The notes beneath the pieces were generated by a model that saw only the letters and a program-made list of their open reading frames with translations, did no database searches and was not told the origin of the DNA. 28,412 bases of DNA, from positions 1-28,412 of the IMG/VR virus record IMGVR_UViG_3300037424_002284, one strand, 5' to 3'. Shown here piece by piece: positions 9,601 through 16,671 of this stretch (position 1 is the first letter of the stretch; each line of letters opens with the position of its first letter). The position numbers and the translations under genes are program-made. This DNA comes from a virus. Its lineage: Duplodnaviria > Caudoviricetes.

Positions 9601-9845
9601 CAAGTTCAAGTCCCAGTTCAAGCCCAAGTTCTTCAGCAAGTTCGAGTCCAAGCACTAGCCCTAGTTCAAGCCCTAGTTCATCAGAAAGCCCTAGCACTTC
9701 GCCTAGTTCTAGTCCAAGTTCATCAGAAAGCCCGAGTACTTCACCTAGTTCGAGCCCGAGTTCGAGTCCAAGTACATCAGCGAGCCCTAGCTCAAGCCCA
9801 AGCCCGGGAATAGCTATAATGACATTCACAATTGATTTTGTGTAA
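6636..9845 (+). CDS. Mucin-like Ser/Pro/Thr-repeat protein with N-terminal beta-sandwich and central beta-helix; putative virion surface or fibre protein
   Basis: About 170-aa globular N-domain, SSSP/STSP tract, beta-helix (IWNNII, IENNTFYN, CKNN, ending DDID...R..WNAGADEF), second long tract and a 12-aa tail GIAIMTFTIDFV. No signal peptide or TM segment. ATG follows the previous TAA directly. Confidence 0.75.
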   Translation: MALVLGTNCGFVTVAPTADPSGAAAAGMDAHALVQKDTSPATAVKITEVGWWCDNATEEANFEVALYAADGAVVPGEAGTRLYVDNTNAKGTDAGWKVVTVDWAINPETVYWGGVQLDDTATATNNNYTSSGGPGFDDRTGQTTLPDPFGGGAIAQTAGMIAFYMLWEVASSASNSPSSSPSSSPSSSPSTSPSSSPSSSESPSTSPSSSPSSSESPSTSPSSSPSTSPSSSPSSSSSTSPSSSPSTSPSTSPSSSPSTSPSSSPSTSPSTSASSSPSTSPSTSPSSSPSTSISSSPSSSSSSTEVYSCVYPTGYTLSSAETARYGARAYTSLSAWETARQRDLVSADEIEVCEIIAGDSNYNWNTVAANGALIISGWTTDATRYIYIKTLAGARHHGYWDVERFRIESGTSISIGVSEEYVRLEGLQVFSTNNNAVYNTATGAGEFHLSHSIIKGNSISASNKPAINLAGPGASNDGICKIWNNIIQDCPDSLYAGIHIGETNCTFYIENNTFYNCATGMRYASGTEYCKNNKISAVDAFYGSFTDDDVRNDYNFISENTNDTTCGSHGGYNQTFHFISGTDYHLSQSENAGVNLSAGSISFSDDIDEETRVTWNAGADEFIANSPSSSPSSSPSPSSSPSPSSSVSSSPSSSPSTSVSSSPSPSSSPSSSVSESPSTSPSSSLSESPSASESLSPSMSTSGSPSSSPSTSPSSSPSSSESPSTSPSSSPTTSASSSPSSSPSTSASSSPSSSPSSSPSTSPSTSASNSPSTSPSSSPSASPSTSISSSPSSSPSSSKSPSPSSSESPSTSPSSSPSSSPSTSPSSSPSTSISISPSASASSSPSSSPSTSISSSPSVSSSPSSSPSTSGSHTPSFSPSTSISSSPSSSPSTSPSTSISHSPSSSVSSSPSTSVSSSPSTSPSSSPTTSISSSPSASPSTSISSSPSSSESPSTSPSSSSSSSPSTSESPSTSPSSSPSSSESPSSSASSSPSSSPSSSASSSPSTSPSSSPSSSESPSTSPSSSPSSSESPSTSPSSSPSSSPSTSASPSSSPSPGIAIMTFTIDFV
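7147..7547 (+). repeat. Degenerate 12-nt coding repeat (SSSP/STSP), tract 1, about 133 codons
   Basis: Recurring AGY-TCN-AGY-CCN and AGY-ACT-TCA-CCN units. Confidence 0.95.
8508..9806 (+). repeat. Degenerate 12-nt coding repeat (SSSP/STSP/SSSESP), tract 2, about 433 codons
   Basis: Same units as tract 1; both tracts open with AATTCTCCAAG (NSPS). Confidence 0.95.
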
Positions 9846-9856
9846 AGGAGAAAACA

Positions 9857-10141
9857 ATGCAATCTATGTATTTAGGTGAATATGGAACTATTCTTTTTAA
9901 TCAAACTCTTGATATTACAAATGCAGATATATATATATTATATACTAAACCTGATGGAGATGAAGGTTATTGGGCAGCTTATAAATCAGGGTTATCTTTT
10001 TTTTATAATATTGAGGAAGAAGAAATAGATCAAGTCGGTAGATGGACATTATGGCTATTAGGTATCTGGCCGGATAAATTATTATGGGACCGCACATCTT
10101 TTAGAGTAAAAATAGCTCCTATAGATCGGATTCCGAGTTAA
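9857..10141 (+). CDS. Small BppU-N-like Ig-fold virion protein
   Basis: Y.KPDG..G.W.A...Y....IDQ.G.W pattern; RBS AAGGAG upstream. Confidence 0.55.
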   Translation: MQSMYLGEYGTILFNQTLDITNADIYILYTKPDGDEGYWAAYKSGLSFFYNIEEEEIDQVGRWTLWLLGIWPDKLLWDRTSFRVKIAPIDRIPS

Positions 10142-10145
10142 TACT

Positions 10146-10622
10146 ATGAAAAATAAAATAATTGTTATATCATGGATTGTCTCAATTATTATTGCTGTTA
10201 TCATTACTAAATTATATTTTCCGAATATAAAATTAGAAATAATAGATTCCTATACTGAAGAGACTCAGCATCAAATTCCAACTAATAATATTGATATCAA
10301 TAACCCAGAGGATTGCAGGGTTGCAAAAAATTGTGCCAATTCTGATTTAAAACAAGAAGTTAGAACTGAAGGAAATAAATTAATTGGTAAAGTATATGAT
10401 GATTGCAAAAGTATGGATTTTTATTATGAATTTAAAGCTTCTTTAACCGCGCGGCATATTATTCAAGGTGGAATAGGATGGGCATACGATATTGGTTATT
10501 ATGTTAGACCTGGATATTTATATCAAACTGATTTAATTGCTTTCGGAGGGAGTTTTATTTTACCTAAAGATAAAAAACATTTCGGATTTGAAATTATGGG
10601 ACAAAAAGCATTGTCTTTTTAA
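10146..10622 (+). CDS. Membrane-anchored hypothetical protein
   Basis: Basic N-terminus followed by a TM segment (IIVISWIVSIIIAVII); Gly/aromatic beta-strand C-terminus ending in Phe. Confidence 0.7.
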   Translation: MKNKIIVISWIVSIIIAVIITKLYFPNIKLEIIDSYTEETQHQIPTNNIDINNPEDCRVAKNCANSDLKQEVRTEGNKLIGKVYDDCKSMDFYYEFKASLTARHIIQGGIGWAYDIGYYVRPGYLYQTDLIAFGGSFILPKDKKHFGFEIMGQKALSF

Positions 10623-10634
10623 AAGGTTTATAAT

Positions 10635-11606
10635 ATGGACAAAGATTCTAAAATATTTGTTGCTGGAGGAAGCGGTCTTGTGGGCTCTGCTATTACCCGC
10701 GAATTATTAAAAGAAGGCTTTACTAATATTATTGTAAGTTATCACAATAGACCAATTACTCCTTATTATTGCGTTGGTTTTATAAGATTAGATTGTACAG
10801 ATCAAAATAAAGTAAACGAATTCTTTGCCTGGGAGAAGCCTGAATATGTATTTTTATGCGCTGCCAGAGTCGGCGGCATCATGGCGAATAGTACTCATCA
10901 AGCAGATTTTATCTATGAAAATTTAATGATTTCAACCAATATAATTGAAGCCGCAAGAAAAAATGGAGTAAAGAAGCTTTTAAATATGGGATCATCATGC
11001 ATATTCTCGGCTAAAGCTCCACAGCCTATTAAAGAGGAATATTTTATGATCGGACCATTAGAACCGACTAACGAAGCCTACGCTATCGCTAAAATAGCTG
11101 CGATTAAACTCTGCCGGTACAATAATGAACAATACGGGACAAATTTTCTGTCAGTTATGCCAACTAATCTCTACGGGAGTATTGCAGAGAATTTTGATTT
11201 GCAGACTTCTCATTTATTACCAGCGCTTATACGCCGGTTTCATGAAGCAAAAATAAATAATACATCAGCAGTAACATTATGGGGTACTGGAGAACCTTTC
11301 CGTGAATTCTTATATGTTGATGATTTAGCGGAAGTCTGTGTATATTTTATGAATAATTATGATTATAAAGATATTGGAGAGTTTGTTAATATTGGTACCG
11401 GTAAAGATATTAAGATAAAAGATCTCGCTGAATTAGTAAAACAAATAGTCGAGTTCAATGGAGAGATATTGTGGGACACAACTAAACCGGATGGAATGTA
11501 TAAAAAATTGCTTGACGTAAGTCGTATGAATAGTTTAGGATGGTATTATAGAACGGAGCTTGAAGATGGTATTAAAAAAGTATATGAGTGGTACAGAAAT
11601 CAATGA
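10635..11606 (+). CDS. fcl: GDP-L-fucose synthase (GDP-4-keto-6-deoxymannose epimerase/reductase)
   Basis: GGSGLVG, AARVGGI.AN, GSSCI, LEPTNEAYAIAK, MPTNLYG, SHLLPALIRRFHEAK, WGTG.P.REFLYVDDLA, KPDG; catalytic S, C, Y, K and H all present. Confidence 0.95.
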   Translation: MDKDSKIFVAGGSGLVGSAITRELLKEGFTNIIVSYHNRPITPYYCVGFIRLDCTDQNKVNEFFAWEKPEYVFLCAARVGGIMANSTHQADFIYENLMISTNIIEAARKNGVKKLLNMGSSCIFSAKAPQPIKEEYFMIGPLEPTNEAYAIAKIAAIKLCRYNNEQYGTNFLSVMPTNLYGSIAENFDLQTSHLLPALIRRFHEAKINNTSAVTLWGTGEPFREFLYVDDLAEVCVYFMNNYDYKDIGEFVNIGTGKDIKIKDLAELVKQIVEFNGEILWDTTKPDGMYKKLLDVSRMNSLGWYYRTELEDGIKKVYEWYRNQ

Positions 11607-11809
11607 CAAAATATTCAGCAGAAATATACGCGCAAACATATGAAAATATAATAAGCCTTGCCACTAAATATCATGGTAAGGCTTTTGTTATACAGAGACA
11701 AACAGGGCATAATTCTTTTAGTTCAGACTTAACCCTTTCGAATGGAACAGATACATATTTTTTTGTTTCAACAGATATGGACCCATGGGTATCTCATTTT
11801 ATGAGATAA
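11603..11809 (+). CDS. Hypothetical protein
   Basis: ATG 11603 forms an ATGA overlap with the fcl stop; last gene of the + block. Confidence 0.55.
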   Translation: MTKYSAEIYAQTYENIISLATKYHGKAFVIQRQTGHNSFSSDLTLSNGTDTYFFVSTDMDPWVSHFMR

Positions 11810-11814
11810 TATTT

Positions 11815-12132
11815 TTAATCTTTTAAAGATAATCTTATCCATTTTTTAAATAAACCTTCAGTCTGTTGTTTTATTACTTCAATCCTTTTACGATATTCTT
11901 TATATGCAATCTTACTTTCATGGACATGCCTTTTTTCTAACACTCTATCTAATGCAATATTTTCTCCATTTGTTTTGCTATACACATCACCAGCTTCTAT
12001 ATTACATTTTGCTTTACCCGTATAAGAACCCCATTGATCTTCTAAAACGCAAACTATTGTGTTTTTCTTTTCATCATGATAAAATTTTACACTAAATTTT
12101 TCATCTCTAAGTATTATTTTGAACCCTTTCAT
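11815..12132 (-). CDS. Small phage protein, gp49/gp66-like
   Basis: TIVCVL...YTGKAKC...D.YS...GE.IAL.R pattern. Confidence 0.55.
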   Translation of the reverse strand: MKGFKIILRDEKFSVKFYHDEKKNTIVCVLEDQWGSYTGKAKCNIEAGDVYSKTNGENIALDRVLEKRHVHESKIAYKEYRKRIEVIKQQTEGLFKKWIRLSLKD

Positions 12133-12473
12133 ATTACTTCTCCTTTCAATTTGTCATAAAATTCTTTCAAAGGCTGCCAGATCAAAGGGACCTTTACCGG
12201 GTTGCCTTTTTCTTTTAGTTTTAAATGAACTTTAGGATTTTCTTCCATCGCTTTAATAATTCCGGGGAGATTCTCCATACACTTCCAATATCCGTATCTT
12301 CTCTGTATAGATTTAATTCTGCTTTGAAGATTATCCTTAGCATCTTCTCTTTTAAACTTACCGGTAAACACCATACTTGAAACTGTGATTACTGCAATAG
12401 AGACAGCTTTTGAAAGCGCGACATCTTGTTTGATGTGTGCAGCAATCTTTTGTTTGGGTTTATTTCTTCTCAT
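12129..12473 (-). CDS. Hypothetical protein
   Basis: 114-aa ORF overlapping both neighbours. Confidence 0.65.
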   Translation of the reverse strand: MRRNKPKQKIAAHIKQDVALSKAVSIAVITVSSMVFTGKFKREDAKDNLQSRIKSIQRRYGYWKCMENLPGIIKAMEENPKVHLKLKEKGNPVKVPLIWQPLKEFYDKLKGEVI

Positions 12474-12762
12474 TTTTATTGCTCCATAAATATATTTTTG
12501 ATTTATAGATTTTGTGTTCAGGGTTTGATTGTTCTATTGTTTGATGAACAATATGCTTTTTAAGTTTTTCTATAAGTATCTGATCCAAATCTAATAATAA
12601 ATGTCCTTCAGTTAATTTACATAAAGGAGGACTTAAATTTGTTGAAGTATCTTTTCTTCTTATATTTAATAAATCTAAATCTGATATTCTACTCTCTACC
12701 CCTAACTCAATAATCTGATCTTTAAAAATATGATAAAACAACCATCTCTTAAATATTCTCAT
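12460..12762 (-). CDS. Hypothetical protein
   Basis: 100-aa ORF with a GAGG RBS. Confidence 0.6.
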   Translation of the reverse strand: MRIFKRWLFYHIFKDQIIELGVESRISDLDLLNIRRKDTSTNLSPPLCKLTEGHLLLDLDQILIEKLKKHIVHQTIEQSNPEHKIYKSKIYLWSNKNEKK

Positions 12763-12914
12763 CTTTGTTCCCTCTTTTCAAATTTTCTTTGTTCTTCGAT
12801 AAAAAAATCAACATCATCACAATAATCCTGAAAGTCATTCATAATATCATATTTATGATTTTCTAATTCCCCGAGAGACATTCCCGATAGTTCATCATAT
12901 GTATAAGTTGTCAT
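12759..12914 (-). CDS. Small acidic hypothetical protein (51 aa; not in ORF track)
   Basis: Hand translation MTTYTYDELSGMSLGELENHKYDIMNDFQDYCDDVDFFIEEQRKFEKREQR; ATGA overlaps at both ends. Confidence 0.65.
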   Translation of the reverse strand: MTTYTYDELSGMSLGELENHKYDIMNDFQDYCDDVDFFIEEQRKFEKREQR

Positions 12915-13531
12915 TTTGCTATCTCCTTGATTCTACTTACCAAATATCTCCCTTCTCTTACCCGGGATACTTCAAATATTTTATCTGCAACACCAATAAT
13001 TTCTTTATCATGTGTTACAATTATCATTTGTAAATTCAATTCTTTTGAAATCTCCTTTAGAACCTCTGCCCCTAAAGGAACAAGATCTGCACTTAAATTC
13101 TTCATGGGTTCATCTAATATTATTGTGTTTCGAGTATTTCCAAGAAGCCATGCCACGATCCTTAAAGCGAAAGAAACTATGTCTACATAGCCGCCCGCTG
13201 AAGAATCTAAAGGAGATATCTCCTCCCCTTCTTCAGTGAATAATAACTTTGCTTCTGTTTTCCCTCGTAAAATTTTAAACTCAATGTCAAAAAGGCTTTC
13301 TCCGGGAAATACAGTTTCTAATGCAATATTTACGATATCGGTAATGCGATAACGTAATTGTTCCTGAGTATCCTGAGCCACTTTTTGAAGAAATATCTGA
13401 ACTTTTTCTAAATTTTCTAAGTACTGTGTTTTGATAGAATTTTCTAATTCTAGCTGTTCTTTTTTTACGGTCAATAGCTTAGATTGACCCTTCATTTGAA
13501 ACAGTTGTTCTTTATAATCTTGGAGTATCAT
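12911..13531 (-). CDS. Rad50/SbcC (gp46-like) C-terminal half
   Basis: Coiled coil followed by signature SAGG, Walker B/D-loop IILDEPMKNLS and H-loop IIVTHD; no Walker A. Confidence 0.88.
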   Translation of the reverse strand: MILQDYKEQLFQMKGQSKLLTVKKEQLELENSIKTQYLENLEKVQIFLQKVAQDTQEQLRYRITDIVNIALETVFPGESLFDIEFKILRGKTEAKLLFTEEGEEISPLDSSAGGYVDIVSFALRIVAWLLGNTRNTIILDEPMKNLSADLVPLGAEVLKEISKELNLQMIIVTHDKEIIGVADKIFEVSRVREGRYLVSRIKEIAK

Positions 13532-13533
13532 TT

Positions 13534-13962
13534 TTATCTCTCAATTAACATTGCGTCTGCATATTCATAAGACAGTTTAGCACATTTTTTAGAAACTTCT
13601 TCTGGTGAATAACAGTTTATCCAAGGATTGGGATTTGCTATTAATCCTTGCATTGCTTTGGCGGCCAAATAATCACGAAGTGACATCCCGGGATAAGTAA
13701 CCTCTTGTGAATGACCAGTGCTATCACCTAACATTAACAATTCAACTTTCTTACAAGGGAAGGCTGGGTGACTTTTAGATTTTATATCCCTGTCTTGTTT
13801 ATCTCCTTCAATTAAATATAATTCAGATTCGTAATGACACCTGGAAGAATTATCTAAACACGATTCTAATGCATATATAGGTTCTTTATATTCATTATAA
13901 ATTTCTTTAATAATACTTGGAGAATCAATCCCTACTTTATCACCGATTTTAAATTTATTCAT
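13534..13962 (-). CDS. Phage protein: KFKIGDKV SH3-like N-part fused to a PAFP...GMSLRDY.AAKAMQG domain
   Basis: Both motifs are widespread in phage proteins; start moved to ATG 13962 (ATGA overlap). Confidence 0.7.
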   Translation of the reverse strand: MNKFKIGDKVGIDSPSIIKEIYNEYKEPIYALESCLDNSSRCHYESELYLIEGDKQDRDIKSKSHPAFPCKKVELLMLGDSTGHSQEVTYPGMSLRDYLAAKAMQGLIANPNPWINCYSPEEVSKKCAKLSYEYADAMLIER

Positions 13963-14204
13963 CCTAACCTCGTCCACTCTGTAATACTATCCAACTCTTC
14001 CATAAGAGAATCATATTTCTTTTTGCCATCTTTTATTTCATCAGTCAGAATGACAATAGTTTTTTCAGCATCTTTAATATCGTTTATTTCAAAATCTTTT
14101 TTTAACTGACTTTCCAACTGTTCTTTCATACCTAACGCCTTGTTCTTCTCGGCTTTCTTATCCTCTATCTTTTGCTGTAACTTTTTAAAATCTGTTGCAT
14201 TCAT
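13959..14204 (-). CDS. Small coiled-coil protein (possible middle piece of the split Rad50)
   Basis: 81 aa, K/E/L-rich heptads throughout. Confidence 0.7.
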   Translation of the reverse strand: MNATDFKKLQQKIEDKKAEKNKALGMKEQLESQLKKDFEINDIKDAEKTIVILTDEIKDGKKKYDSLMEELDSITEWTRLG

Positions 14205-14301
14205 TTTTTATCCCTCATTTCTTTACAATTAATTTGTGTTTCTTCTTCATTTGCTGGAATAATACTTGTTTTAAATATAGTTTCTCCATTTTTATCATTC
14301 T

Positions 14302-14475
14302 CTATACTCCTTTTGCTTTATAATATAATGGTATCTCTTTTGTGATTCTTAAAACTCGTTTCGCATTATTGTGATTCGGGAAATCAATAACAATATTAAG
14401 CCGCGCATTAAGTTCATCTTCAATATGAGTGACTTTAGGATTATTAAAATCGTATATATCTTTAACTGTTGTCAT
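14302..14475 (-). CDS. Hypothetical protein (57 aa; not in ORF track)
   Basis: Hand translation MTTVKDIYDFNNPKV...YYKAKGV; ATG directly follows the upstream TAA. Confidence 0.55.
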   Translation of the reverse strand: MTTVKDIYDFNNPKVTHIEDELNARLNIVIDFPNHNNAKRVLRITKEIPLYYKAKGV

Positions 14476-14652
14476 TTAATCTTCCGAATGCACTGATTTA
14501 ATTTTTACAACATGCTTTAATTTATTATCGCAATATAATTCTACAAGATCGTGATATCTATTACCGGTTATATATTTTTCACCTTTATATATAACTTCTA
14601 TAAATCCTGGTAAATCATCCTCATTTTCATAATATTTTTTAACTGTTGTCAT
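14461..14652 (-). repeat. 15-bp direct repeat ATGACAACAGTTAAA at the starts of two adjacent ORFs
   Basis: tttaactgttgtcat at 14461-14475 and 14638-14652. Confidence 0.9.
14476..14652 (-). CDS. Hypothetical protein (58 aa; not in ORF track)
   Basis: Hand translation MTTVKKYYENEDDLPGFIEVIYKGEKY...VHSED. Confidence 0.6.
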   Translation of the reverse strand: MTTVKKYYENEDDLPGFIEVIYKGEKYITGNRYHDLVELYCDNKLKHVVKIKSVHSED

Positions 14653-14731
14653 CTATTCCAAATCCCCATAGTAATAAATCTTCCTTTTTTTGAAAATTCA
14701 AAACTTATCCAATTCCATTCTCTCTTCCCCC

Positions 14732-14929
14732 TTAAAAATGTTTATACCCAGTATCTTTGCCATCGATATTACAATTAAAATCATCAACCAAATATTCAAT
14801 AATATATACTCCTTCCCACCTGCTATTTGCCGGTAAAGTCTTAGCAAAATTTATAGCTTTTTCATAAGTAGAAAATAACCATATTTGTTGAATTCCTTCG
14901 TCTCTTACTCTTTGTTCAACAGTAAACAT
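14732..14929 (-). CDS. Small phage hypothetical protein
   Basis: FSTYEKA..F...YIIEY.VD pattern common in small phage proteins; GGAG RBS. Confidence 0.65.
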   Translation of the reverse strand: MFTVEQRVRDEGIQQIWLFSTYEKAINFAKTLPANSRWEGVYIIEYLVDDFNCNIDGKDTGYKHF

Positions 14930-14939
14930 CTTTTTCTCC

Positions 14940-15803
14940 TCAAAAATTTATCCCTGCATTTATCGGCTCTAATACCGTATCAAAATATGAATTAAGACAA
15001 GTTTTTACATCCGCATGACCCATATAACGAGAAACTGCCCCTATATCTGCTTTCTCGACATGAATCTTGTATGTGGCATACAGGTGTCTCAAAGAATGGG
15101 GATGGATATCCTTCCCTGTCTTCTTTAAAAATATCTCATTTATCTGCTTCCATAACACCATCCGATTATATTTATTGTTTCTCTGATTATAAAACAAATA
15201 ATCATTTTGCTCCGGATATGATTCTATTATTTCCTCGTATAATCCTTTAGATAAGAATATGAAACGCTCTTTCTGACGCTTGCCCATTACCCTCACTCTC
15301 TTATATTCCGAGGAGGGGCTATCAATATCAGAATGCTTTATATTGATAAATTCCGATATTCTGAGGCCGGTAGACCCTAATACGCGTATAATAAGCGCTA
15401 TTTTCTTCTCCTGAGCAGTATTCCCGGCAATCGCCTGTATGTCTGATATGGTTAAAGCGCTTCTATTACCCTTGGGGACACTCATAGTGACCTTCTTAAT
15501 CTTCTTTAACAGGGCTATAGGGTTATTATCCATCTCTTTGACCATTACGAATACATTAAACATCTTCGAAAGTGCTGCTACTTTGCGGTTGATTGAATTG
15601 GCACGGTAGCCTTCTTTCTTTAAATAGTCTATGTAACTCATAATATCCTGGGGTCCGATGTCTTTGGGGTCTTTATTTATATATTTAAAAAATAATTTAT
15701 AATCTGTTTGATAAGCGATTTGACTTTCTTTTGATAAGGAGTTCCAGATGACTCTTTTGAGTAAATTATTAGCTGATTGATTTATTGGTTGTATGTTGTT
15801 CAT
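14940..15803 (-). CDS. Tyrosine recombinase (XerC/D-like)
   Basis: N-terminal SAM-like domain, TGLRISE, GKRQKER, HPHSLRHLYAT, MGHAD..T...Y; start at 15803 behind GGAG-N7. Confidence 0.92.
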   Translation of the reverse strand: MNNIQPINQSANNLLKRVIWNSLSKESQIAYQTDYKLFFKYINKDPKDIGPQDIMSYIDYLKKEGYRANSINRKVAALSKMFNVFVMVKEMDNNPIALLKKIKKVTMSVPKGNRSALTISDIQAIAGNTAQEKKIALIIRVLGSTGLRISEFINIKHSDIDSPSSEYKRVRVMGKRQKERFIFLSKGLYEEIIESYPEQNDYLFYNQRNNKYNRMVLWKQINEIFLKKTGKDIHPHSLRHLYATYKIHVEKADIGAVSRYMGHADVKTCLNSYFDTVLEPINAGINF

Positions 15804-15804
15804 A

Positions 15805-16230
15805 TTATTTCTCCAAAATTTCATTTAATAATTGTATTAATTTATCTTTCGAATAAAGTTTATATAATAAAAATCTTAAATCATCGCCATCAATTGTATG
15901 AGGGATATTGTATTTATCACATAATTTATAAAATTTTTGCTCCGATATGTTGTTATAACTTAATAGATCTATCTTACTATAACCATTATCTTCTATTTGT
16001 GTTGTTTTATTTTTTTTACAATCAAAAACTTTATAGTTCCAATATTGCACGTCCGTGTACCAATCTTTTTCAATTATAACCCCTTCCCCCTCTGTTCCCT
16101 GCCCATCACATATATTATGATATTTTATTTTATCCCCTATTTTAAACCGTTGCGGTCTCTCTAATTTAGCTATTCTTTCATCTATACTATCAAGTTCTTC
16201 TCTTAATTCAGTATATTCTTTTTTATTCAT
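15805..16230 (-). CDS. Hypothetical protein with FKIGDK SH3-like domain
   Basis: 141-aa ORF, translationally coupled to its neighbours. Confidence 0.65.
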   Translation of the reverse strand: MNKKEYTELREELDSIDERIAKLERPQRFKIGDKIKYHNICDGQGTEGEGVIIEKDWYTDVQYWNYKVFDCKKNKTTQIEDNGYSKIDLLSYNNISEQKFYKLCDKYNIPHTIDGDDLRFLLYKLYSKDKLIQLLNEILEK

Positions 16231-16499
16231 ATTTTTCCCTTAATATCTGTACTTCTACTCCAAGACGGTGAAGTAATATAACCAACTTCTTTTAAAACTT
16301 CATCAATATGGTTATTCCATTTCTCGGCACCACAATTACATTCAGTACCTTCACTAGGGTTTAAGCACCCATCTGGATGCTTAGGACAAGAATACCAATC
16401 ATCTTCGCAATAACGATGTTCTCTTTTTGATCCAATAAGCGCTTCTACTAACAAATCTATCTTTACTTTATCAGTCATTACTATCTCGCATCTATTCAT
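16227..16499 (-). CDS. Cys-rich hypothetical protein
   Basis: H..CEDDWYSCPK...C...CNCGA; start moved to ATG 16499. Confidence 0.65.
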   Translation of the reverse strand: MNRCEIVMTDKVKIDLLVEALIGSKREHRYCEDDWYSCPKHPDGCLNPSEGTECNCGAEKWNNHIDEVLKEVGYITSPSWSRSTDIKGKI

Positions 16500-16500
16500 A

Positions 16501-16671
16501 TTAAATTGCCTTTTTAGCAAGATATCCTAATGCTTCTTTTGTTCTGTCTTTAAAAATTTGTTCTCTTTCTTCTAATTCTTTAATACAAGCTACAATATTA
16601 GTTTCCAAAAAACCTACCCCTTCTTTATTTACATGTTGGAAATGTTTTCTTACTATTTTTTCAATATTCAT
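16501..16671 (-). CDS. Hypothetical protein (56 aa; not in ORF track)
   Basis: Hand translation MNIEKIVRKHFQHV...GYLAKKAI; GGAGG RBS and ATGA overlap with the nuclease stop. Confidence 0.65.
   Translation of the reverse strand: MNIEKIVRKHFQHVNKEGVGFLETNIVACIKELEEREQIFKDRTKEALGYLAKKAI

Noticed and set aside
7147-9806. Repeat tracts as a CRISPR array or DGR template/variable repeat pair
   Set aside because: No constant repeat with unique spacers, no adenine-specific mismatch pair and no reverse transcriptase; variation is mainly synonymous.
7124-9862. Long antisense (LGLELG...) and alternate-frame (VLHQV...) ORFs over the repeat tracts
   Set aside because: They are shadows of the Ser/Pro codon pattern, are largely confined to the tracts and have no evident RBS.
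11809-11815. Bidirectional terminator at the strand convergence
   Set aside because: The gap is only 5 nt and I see no convincing hairpin.
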